Shown: positions 1-6,317 of the stretch, one piece after another
Layout: every line of letters starts with the position of its first letter
How positions within the stretch are numbered: the first letter of the stretch is position 1
NCBI RefSeq assembly: GCF_004104355.1
Contig: NZ_RJLM01000002.1
Location: 401,385 to 425,384, forward strand
From: Photobacterium chitinilyticum
Lineage (GTDB): Bacteria; Pseudomonadota; Gammaproteobacteria; Enterobacterales; Vibrionaceae
Direction: 5' to 3'
Length of the DNA: 24,000 nucleotides
Translations under genes and position numbers: made by a program
Notes under the pieces: generated by a model
Seen by the model: only the letters and a program-made list of their open reading frames with translations
What the model was told of the DNA's origin: nothing
Database searches by the model: none

Positions 1-88
1 GCCTTATATTGAGATAGACGAGCCTGCCCAAGGGCAATGAGTGCAGCGTTAAAGGTGAACCAGCGGCTCGCCTATATGTTTTGTGTGA

Positions 89-646
89 TTATTTTGACAT
101 GCTTTTTGACTTAATGGACCGTGCGGGATTACCAGCAACTCGGTCGCCGGGAGCGACATCCCGAGTAACCACAGAGCCGGCGCCAATTACCGCTTCGGCT
201 CCGATTGTGATCCCTGGCATCAAGATGGCACCACCGCCAATCCAGACATTATCTTCGATTACTACAGGGTGAGCCGTTTCATCTCCTGCCAAACGTCGTT
301 CAGCGTCAAGGGCGTGTGCGGCGGTATAAATTTGCACTCTCGGGCCTATCATTACGCCTGAGCCTATATCCACTCGACCATTATCTAGAATGACAGCATC
401 CCAGTTGATATAGCTACCGTTACCAACGGATAGATGGCAGCCATAAGTGAGGCGTAGAGGCGGTTGGATGCAGGAATCTTCGCCTAAAGAAATCCCCAGC
501 TCAATAAGCAGTTGTCTTTGAGTCGCGGTATCGGGTTCATGATTGAAGCGAAATATTAGTGCAGAAGTGCGATCCCGCATTGCCTGCAATTCATCATCCA
601 GGCAGTTATAAGTTTCTCCGGCCTGCATTCGAATCAGTTCTGACAT
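89..646 (-). CDS. maa: Maltose/galactoside O-acetyltransferase family enzyme (hexapeptide-repeat, left-handed beta-helix)
   Basis: ORF 89..709. The N-terminal MSELIRMQAGETYNCLDDEL...RFNHEP fits the Maa N-terminal domain pattern (E. coli Maa: MIAGELY...RYNH). Hexapeptide repeats are present (VWIGGGAILMPGITIGAEAVIGAGSVVTRDV), as is the C-terminal GNPAR. I trimmed the start to the second Met (646): the first 21 codons look like a non-homologous extension, and 185 aa matches the family length. Confidence 0.85.
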   Translation of the reverse strand: MSELIRMQAGETYNCLDDELQAMRDRTSALIFRFNHEPDTATQRQLLIELGISLGEDSCIQPPLRLTYGCHLSVGNGSYINWDAVILDNGRVDIGSGVMIGPRVQIYTAAHALDAERRLAGDETAHPVVIEDNVWIGGGAILMPGITIGAEAVIGAGSVVTRDVAPGDRVAGNPARSIKSKSMSK

Positions 647-964
647 ATCAAAGCCCTTACAAAGAGTCTGTAACAAGGTAAACAATGATATAGCAGACGC
701 TATACCCAATCAAATTAAGGGCTTAATCTTAAGTGGTTGAAAATTATCACTAATTATGCAAGTTGAAATATCGGTGAATAAGTGTTGTGACTTGACTCAT
801 AAACGAGCAGGTAAAGGAGGCTTGAGCCGTATGCAGTGAAAGTTGCACGTACGGTTCTTATATCTCAACCAGCTAAAGAAAAGCACCGAGAAGCTATACA
901 ATACTCGACTTGCGAGGTCGCAGCATGGGATACTCATTCACAGGAAACCTTAAAGTAGCCACAT

Positions 965-1453
965 ATGTCTAAAGATTTTGATTTCACCACAGAATACACC
1001 CTCGACAAGGCCTTTTTTGCAGAGTGTTATGATCAAACTAGTCGTCCTGCTGAATTTCCCCAAGCCTATTTAAAAGGAATACTTTTTCTTTTTTTTGGGG
1101 TGGTTTTAGTAAAATTTGAGCTACTACCCAGCGGTTACGTTGGTTGGTTTTTTATTGTTTTGAGTATTATTGAGGCGTTTAGTGTTTATTTTAAGAGAAC
1201 CTGGTGGTTATGGCGACAAACACTCAGCATGAGCTCTGGCAGCAAAGTGGTATTTCATGTTGACTCTAACGGTGTGAGTTATAAAAGCGGTAAAAACACC
1301 CGTAATATCGCCTGGAGTGAAATCGACCAACTTCAACAAAGCGATTTAGGTTTTATCCTTCATATGGGTAAACAGCGCCAATATGTCAGTAAATCTTGCT
1401 TAAATGATGAAGTGATCGCGTTCATGGTAGAGCAGCACGCAGTATCAAAATGA
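965..1453 (+). CDS. Hypothetical membrane protein, YcxB-like architecture (two TM helices plus a small C-terminal soluble domain)
   Basis: 162-aa ORF. Two adjacent hydrophobic helices (GILFLFFGVVLVKFELL, VGWFFIVLSIIEAFSVYF) are followed by a WW/basic stretch and a ~70-aa soluble tail. The family name is from memory of this architecture and is not verified. Confidence 0.7.
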   Translation: MSKDFDFTTEYTLDKAFFAECYDQTSRPAEFPQAYLKGILFLFFGVVLVKFELLPSGYVGWFFIVLSIIEAFSVYFKRTWWLWRQTLSMSSGSKVVFHVDSNGVSYKSGKNTRNIAWSEIDQLQQSDLGFILHMGKQRQYVSKSCLNDEVIAFMVEQHAVSK

Positions 1454-2340
1454 ACTAGCGTCAATGCGCGCAAAATAGAGGTAATGAAACGAATACGGTT
1501 AGGTCTTTCATTTTGCTTTTGATTAGAATGGTTGAGCTTCTAGCTAGGGGTGCAGCAACTGAGGTTATCCGAGTTTACTCTGTAATATGAAGTTCGGAAC
1601 AAGGTTTTGTCCAAATCTAAGCTAGAAGGTGATGCTCATTTTCGGGAGTAAGTACGTTAGTAGTTGTACCGTTATGCGAGTTACTTAACGACTATCTCCT
1701 CAGTATTTTAAGTAAATCTCCTTGTTCGATATGGCACATACACTATTGCTGATACCGTGTGCTTATGCTTAACCGAGATTCACGCCATTCTTGATGTTTG
1801 GCTTGATTTCGGTTCAAGGCAGGTATGGATGCCCTAAAGCAAGATGTGTTAACCGAAACTCGCCGCTTTGATGCAGAGTGCGTAATAGACGAAATGGACT
1901 CTGACCAAATCACGCGGTTTGGTATTGGGAGTGATGCTCTGGTTAATACTGGCTTTTCCCGATTTAAAAACCTTGTTTCAGAAGTTAAAAAAGAGTGAAA
2001 GCATAAAGTGTGACGCTGAATGTCACGTTCAGCGTAACGTGACGTTTATGGATTGTAACGTGTCTTTCAGTGAACAATTGGAGACACAAACATGCAGTCA
2101 GCATCACAAGACCCAGTTGATGGGCGGTGTGTTCTGTAAGCGTAAGGAGCAGGCTTTTCAGCCTCACTATGAGGTGTCGATTCTGATACTAGACAAGCCA
2201 GTATTGCGCGAGCGAGCTTGTTAGGGCGCTTAAAGGTGTCGCGATTGCGGGTAAAGCAATCATCACCCGCTACATGAGTGGCGCATAGCGTTTTAGGTGC
2301 CATGCGTGCCTTAACTTGGAGTTCTGTGAATAAGTGTATT

Positions 2341-3021
2341 CTAGTCATTTGATGTTAAACAATGCCATGTTACTGGACCTACGATACCATCGATGGCAGT
2401 ATTCTTTTGCTCTTGAAAGGCCATTACAGCAGACTTCGTTTGTTGCCCAAAGATGCCATCTTCAACTAGTGCTATCTGTTGTTTTTGGTTTAGAAGCTTT
2501 TGAAGTGCTAAAACGGCAGCCCCTCTTGATGTAAGTTTTAATGTCTCTTGGTAGATATTTGATGGATTTTCTGTGGGCTGAGCATTGGGAGCAAAGTCCA
2601 TTTCACCAAAATTGCTTAGGCCAAGTATTTTTTGGTAATCAAAAACCGGACAGTTTTTATCTGATACCTCACGATGGCCTCGAAATACAATTTGCTCCTC
2701 ATAAGCTTTATTGATTAGCTTGCATAAATCGATCAAAGATTCGAATTGCTTCTTAGTGAAGAGCTCCTTTTTTAATCCATGAAGACAAATAGCTATTGAG
2801 TTTTTGTTATGACCACTTTGTGCAGCAGGTATTTTCTCAAGATCTCGGCCTACATCTAGCTGTCCATTTTTTCGAATAAAATAGTGGTAGCCAACATCTT
2901 GCCAACCTCTCTCTAGGTGCCATTTTCTCATCGTTTCTACATTATCGTGTTGAGGGTAGTCACTTGCACTGCAATGGATGAACACTTTCTCTATATGGCG
3001 ATTGGGTTTTATGAATGTCAT
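2341..3021 (-). CDS. N-acetylmuramoyl-L-alanine amidase (T7-lysozyme/PGRP Amidase_2 type) with C-terminal PG_binding_1 domain (operon gene D)
   Basis: 226 aa. FIHCSAS...RGWQDVGYHYFIRKNG...GHNKNSIAICL...GHREVSDKNCPVFD aligns by eye with T7 lysozyme (FVHCSAT...GWLDVGYHFII...HHEVAPKACPSFD). The His/His/Cys zinc ligands and the Tyr/Lys are kept. The C-terminal RGAAVLALQKLL...EDGIFGQQTKSAVMAFQ...IDGIVGPVTW is a PG_binding_1 repeat. SD GGAGGA lies 6 nt upstream of the ATG. Confidence 0.92.
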   Translation of the reverse strand: MTFIKPNRHIEKVFIHCSASDYPQHDNVETMRKWHLERGWQDVGYHYFIRKNGQLDVGRDLEKIPAAQSGHNKNSIAICLHGLKKELFTKKQFESLIDLCKLINKAYEEQIVFRGHREVSDKNCPVFDYQKILGLSNFGEMDFAPNAQPTENPSNIYQETLKLTSRGAAVLALQKLLNQKQQIALVEDGIFGQQTKSAVMAFQEQKNTAIDGIVGPVTWHCLTSND

Positions 3022-3075
3022 AGGTAATCCTCCATTTTTAAAGAAATGAAATTGTCATCTTAGATAAATTACATT

Positions 3076-3546
3076 CTAAATCTGACTTAACTTAGAGCCC
3101 GTTTTTTTATCGAGAGTGCCATTTTTTATCTGGAGGTCATGCAATGTTTGAAATGCTTTAACCGCATTTTGAGTCTTCTTTCCAAAGTCACCGTCAATGA
3201 TAAGGCCTGATTTTAGGTGATGGTTGAGAGCGGCTTGAAGCTCTTCAACAACTTTACCATGGGCACCAAGGGAAAGTTCCCCTCTGAATACAAAACGTTT
3301 AGGTTTGTATTCATCAGAAAGGTGTATCCGTGTGGCTAGTTTTACTTCTATAGTCGATTGGCTTGATTGGTTGGTGTTCACTAATGCAACAAGCTTTGCT
3401 GTATTCTTGCTTATTGTTGTATTTAGCTTGATGCCAATATCGACGTCTCCTTTGAAGCCCATATTCCCACTCATACGAAGTACGTCAGAGATAGTGGAAT
3501 ATAGTATATTCCCAATATCTACGGCTTCTAACTCTGTTTTAGTCAT
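3076..3546 (-). CDS. Hypothetical protein: unassigned beta-rich N-terminal region plus C-terminal PG_binding_1 domain (operon gene C)
   Basis: ORF 3076..3561. I chose the ATG at 3546 because GGAGGA lies 7 nt upstream; the longer form starts at a TTG. The C-terminus GAHGKVVEELQAALN...IDGDFGKKTQNAVKAFQ...NGTLDKKTGSKL is a PG_binding_1 pattern. The start overlaps the gene B stop by 8 nt (ATGACTAA). Confidence 0.8.
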   Translation of the reverse strand: MTKTELEAVDIGNILYSTISDVLRMSGNMGFKGDVDIGIKLNTTISKNTAKLVALVNTNQSSQSTIEVKLATRIHLSDEYKPKRFVFRGELSLGAHGKVVEELQAALNHHLKSGLIIDGDFGKKTQNAVKAFQTLHDLQIKNGTLDKKTGSKLSQI

Positions 3547-3823
3547 TACCTGATCCTCCAATCACTTGGATATCTGTATTTATTGTTCCCTTCAAATTTA
3601 TAGATATCCCACCATCATTTGATTGTTTAAGTTTATCCGCTTCTAAATTACATTTGAGGTCGAGTTCAAAATTAAGGTCACCTATTATCAAAGCTCGGGC
3701 TCTGTCTTTTGCCACACTACTTGAACTTTCATTTACTCGGCTTATCGATTTTTGTAGAGATACTAATATTTGCTCTAAAGACTTGGGTTCTAAATTGTCC
3801 AATTTTTCATTTTCATTTTGCAT
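3539..3823 (-). CDS. Hypothetical 94-aa protein, predicted helix followed by amphipathic beta strands (operon gene B)
   Basis: ORF with AAGGA upstream of the ATG, 22 nt after the gene A stop, and translationally coupled to gene C. No TM segment and no signal peptide. No family recognised with confidence. Confidence 0.7.
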   Translation of the reverse strand: MQNENEKLDNLEPKSLEQILVSLQKSISRVNESSSSVAKDRARALIIGDLNFELDLKCNLEADKLKQSNDGGISINLKGTINTDIQVIGGSGND

Positions 3824-3845
3824 AGTGTTGTATCCTTATTTCGAC

Positions 3846-4361
3846 TCAGCTTTGAGCAACATTGGTATGTGGAATGTTGATCTTCCCCAATTTTTTTATC
3901 GCATTGTCAAGATCTCCGGTGTTATCTAAAGTATTGATTCCAAGCATATTTAGATAATCTTTTAGAGAGGTTTCAGTATCATTTGTAAGGTTGTAAATCG
4001 CTTGAGCCTGTAAAGTGCTTTCTGTAGTGGTTTCCTTGGTGAAGCCAAATGAGCCGCTTCCGTGAATCATTCCAATACCTAAGCCTAAAGATACGCCACC
4101 CTCGGTTCTCTCTATTGAGGCGATTCGCATTGAAAGTGAGAGGGATAGTTGGGCAGACATTTTCCATGATGGAGCTAGTTTGAGGTGTTCATTGATGATT
4201 TTCCTGCTGACATCCTCAGGCTCACCTTTAATAAGCTTTGTCAGGTCGGTTAACCATTTCATCCATATATATCGCTGTGTAGCGGATGCTTGAACAACGG
4301 CATCAGCAGGAGCGGTGAGGAGTGTGGAGATAATGTTTGAGAGGTTTTCAGTAGCCATCAT
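3846..4361 (-). CDS. Hypothetical 171-aa protein with Gly/Ser/Thr-rich alternating-polarity central segment (operon gene A)
   Basis: ORF preceded by AAGGAAAG; tandem ATGs at 4361 and 4358. The N-terminal LSNIISTLLTAPADAVVQASATQRYIW and central LAPSWKMSAQLSLSLSMRI pattern remind me of DUF2589-type proteins. That recollection is from memory and unverified. Confidence 0.75.
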   Translation of the reverse strand: MMATENLSNIISTLLTAPADAVVQASATQRYIWMKWLTDLTKLIKGEPEDVSRKIINEHLKLAPSWKMSAQLSLSLSMRIASIERTEGGVSLGLGIGMIHGSGSFGFTKETTTESTLQAQAIYNLTNDTETSLKDYLNMLGINTLDNTGDLDNAIKKLGKINIPHTNVAQS

Positions 4362-4667
4362 CTTTCCTTATCACAATAAGTTAATAGATAGGGCACGACC
4401 ATACAGCCTACTCACTGCCAATAAAGGCAGGTAAAGTCTGTCCGTTTTTTAACCGCTTAAAGCTAGTCAAGCACAGTTTGTTTAATTAAAATGTGATAGA
4501 TGCTAGATAATATGCTACTGGGTGATTATTGATTGACTCGATATCAAGATGAGAGTTAAGAGTAAAATGTCTGAAAAATATGCTACACAGGATTTCAAAA
4601 AACCAAGATTGCAAGCGTTCACTAACCCTGTGCGTCGCATGTAACATGCGGTTCGCTTCGAGGGTGA

Positions 4668-4844
4668 ACAATCAGCAAAGCGATTAGGAGTCGCCCAGCT
4701 CTTCCCTTCATAATCAATGGTGCATTGTACCTTGTAGGATATATTTCTGCTTGGGCGTACAAGGTAAATGCCAACGAGTCAGAGCGCGGTACTCTGCCAT
4801 TGATGTTAGGCTCCTTTATTAGTAGATACAAGGAAGCCTGGTGA
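4668..4844 (+). pseudogene. Orphan 3' end of a membrane-protein gene (no start codon), ending in a hairpin terminator
   Basis: Open frame of 58 codons with no Met: ...ALPFIINGALYLVGYISAWAYKVNANESERGTLPLMLGSFISRYKEAW*. It contains one TM-like helix. The stop codon (4842-4844) sits inside the hairpin at 4840-4854. Confidence 0.25.
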
Positions 4845-4870
4845 CCCTGTCACCTTTGTTTGTGCTTTTT
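4840..4870 (+). terminator. Candidate intrinsic terminator belonging to the orphan gene 3' end
   Basis: GGTGAC-CCT-GTCACC stem-loop (4840-4854) followed by TTTGTTTGTGCTTTTT. The stem is short (6 bp). Confidence 0.3.
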
Positions 4871-4889
4871 CGAACTGACACTAGCAGTG

Positions 4890-5415
4890 TTATTGGGCTG
4901 ATTGAATACTCAGAGCTCGATAATGTGTGAGGGTATTACCTTCAAAACATAAATTATTGCTGGCTAGGCTTTCAATAAAGGGTAAAGGTTCAAAGAGTTG
5001 CTCAATATGGAAGACGCCAGGTTCAAATGAAGATATGTGGAGCTCTTCAGCGACTTTGGCTGCGACTAATCCGGTAATGTGCCCTTCGCCATTTCCACTG
5101 ACAGAGCATTCATATAGGATGCCTGTATCCCGAGATCTTCCCGCTTCAACTTTGACAACATATTGGTCCGTTCCAAAAGGAAAAAGGGTTAACAATTTGA
5201 TCAGGTAGTCCTGTACTGCCCTGAACTTAAGGATCTTGCTTCCCCCCCATTCCTAATAAAATATTGATATCAGCGAAGTGCATATCACGAATCACCGTGT
5301 TGCAATGCTTAGCCAGAAGGTTCGACATACCTGGTGCCAAGCCGTCAATTTGAAAAAGTTGTTCTGCGTGACATTTCTCATGTCGGGCGTTATGTCTTTC
5401 AAAAATATAATATTG
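4890..5415 (-). pseudogene. Saccharopine-dehydrogenase-family oxidoreductase remnant (N-terminal Rossmann part missing, frameshifted)
   Basis: Two overlapping frames. The upstream frame (5415..5227) reads ...HAEQLFQIDGLAPGMSNLLAKHCNTVIRDMHFADINILLGMGGKQDP*; GLAPGxSNLLA is the hallmark after the NADP domain. The downstream frame (5252..4890) reads ...ITGLVAAKVAEELHISSFEPGVFHIEQLFEPLPFIESL..., a typical C-terminal region. The frames switch in a C7/G7 tract at 5242-5248. There is no start codon and no Rossmann domain upstream. Confidence 0.5.
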
Positions 5416-5480
5416 TTATTCACGCCGATATTCTTTGGGCATTGCATTGGGTGCATTCTTTCCCTGTCTTTTTTCGGGTG

Positions 5481-5492
5481 ATTGTTAACAGT
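5481..5492. promoter_or_regulatory. Candidate GntR-type operator, copy 1 (ATTGTTAACAGT)
   Basis: 11/12 match to the perfect palindrome at 5514-5525. The core TGTTAACA is self-complementary. Confidence 0.35.
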
Positions 5493-5513
5493 CTAGACTA
5501 AGGTCTAATACAT

Positions 5514-5525
5514 ATTGTTAACAAT
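5514..5525. promoter_or_regulatory. Candidate GntR-type operator, copy 2 (ATTGTTAACAAT, perfect 12-bp palindrome)
   Basis: Perfect palindrome just upstream of the candidate -35. It has the GT...AC half-site logic typical of GntR/FadR-family operators. Confidence 0.4.
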
Positions 5526-5529
5526 GCGC

Positions 5530-5558
5530 TTGATCGAAGCCGTTTTTAGGGCTAAATT
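5530..5558 (+). promoter_or_regulatory. Candidate sigma70 promoter of the prp locus (-35 TTGATC, 17-bp spacer, -10 TAAATT)
   Basis: Hexamers at 5530-5535 and 5553-5558, each 4/6 to consensus with optimal spacing, located between operator copies 2 and 3. Eye-matched only. Confidence 0.25.
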
Positions 5559-5575
5559 TGTTCACAAGTTAACCA

Positions 5576-5587
5576 ATTGTTGACAAT
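5576..5587. promoter_or_regulatory. Candidate GntR-type operator, copy 3 (ATTGTTGACAAT)
   Basis: 11/12 match to copy 2. It overlaps the regulator start codon region, downstream of the candidate promoter. Confidence 0.35.
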
Positions 5588-6317
5588 GATGATGACCAAA
5601 CAAGACGTAATACTTGAAACTGTCGACAATCTTGCTGGGAATGGGATTGCCAAGGAGCTCACCAAGTCAGAGAACCTGACAGAGCAATTAATTGATTTAA
5701 TCGTAAACGGTGATTACCCGGCTGGCAGTAAGATTTCTGAACCTGAGTTAGCCCGCCGCTTTGGCGTCAGCCGAGGTCCGTTGCGTGAAGCGATGATGCG
5801 AGTGGAGTCTCTGGGTTTGGTGGAACGTGTACCGCATGTGGGGGCGAGAGTCGTTGCCCTGACTCAGGAAAAGCTGATTGAAATTTACTCGGTACGAGAA
5901 GCATTGGAAGGCATGGCCGCCCGTCTGGCATGTATCCATATTACTGACAAAGAAATTAATGCCCTGCAGCAATTGCTGGAAACCCACCAAAAGCATATCG
6001 AGCAGGTTGATGGTGCTTCTTATTTTCATCAGCAGGGGGATTTTGATTTTCACTACCGAATAATCAAAGCCAGTCGAAATAGCAAATTAATCAGCTTGTT
6101 GTGTGATGAACTCTATCACTTGCTCCGGATGTATCGCTATCAGTCTCAGCGTTTGCATTCGCGTCCACAACAGGCTTTGAGAGAACACTTCCATTTGCTT
6201 GCCGCATTGCGGGAAAGAGATGGAGAGCTGGCGGAAATGCTGATGCGACGCCATATCATGCGCAGCCGGCTGCTGATTGAACAACAACTGAAAGATGACA
6301 AGGAGATAGCCTCATGA
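5586..6317 (+). CDS. prpR: GntR-family (FadR/FCD subfamily) transcriptional regulator of the methylcitrate locus
   Basis: Winged-HTH [39 protein letters not shown], followed by an all-helical FCD-like C-terminal domain ([12 protein letters not shown]...[11 protein letters not shown]). The stop overlaps the prpB start (ATGA at 6314-6317). The ORF opens at TTG 5577; I prefer the first ATG (5586), and the start is uncertain by a few codons. The symbol is by position and context only. Confidence 0.88.
   Translation: MMMTKQDVILETVDNLAGNGIAKELTKSENLTEQLIDLIVNGDYPAGSKISEPELARRFGVSRGPLREAMMRVESLGLVERVPHVGARVVALTQEKLIEIYSVREALEGMAARLACIHITDKEINALQQLLETHQKHIEQVDGASYFHQQGDFDFHYRIIKASRNSKLISLLCDELYHLLRMYRYQSQRLHSRPQQALREHFHLLAALRERDGELAEMLMRRHIMRSRLLIEQQLKDDKEIAS

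Noticed and set aside
81-272. 63-aa + strand ORF overlapping the acetyltransferase gene.
   Set aside because: It is antisense to the conserved hexapeptide-repeat region of the Maa-like gene. The Pro/Ala/Thr-rich translation looks like an artefact.
1919-2348. ORFs 1919-2224 (+), 1985-2167 (-), 2067-2348 (-) and 2334-2534 (+) in the left flank.
   Set aside because: They overlap each other and have no SD. Their translations are Cys/His/Arg-rich with no domain pattern. 2334-2534 is antisense to the amidase gene. I treat the region as non-coding or decayed.
3305-3929. + strand ORFs 3305-3553 and 3654-3929 opposite operon genes A-C.
   Set aside because: The minus-strand genes have strong SDs, operon spacing and recognisable PG-binding domains. 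The plus-strand translations are Phe/Ser/Ile-rich mirror artefacts of AT-rich coding DNA.
2227-4462. Shared 9-mer CGCTTAAAG at 2227-2235 and 4454-4462 as possible att-like direct repeats flanking the four-gene operon.
   Set aside because: A single 9-bp match between two ~1-kb flanks is expected by chance. There is no integrase and no longer repeat to support it.
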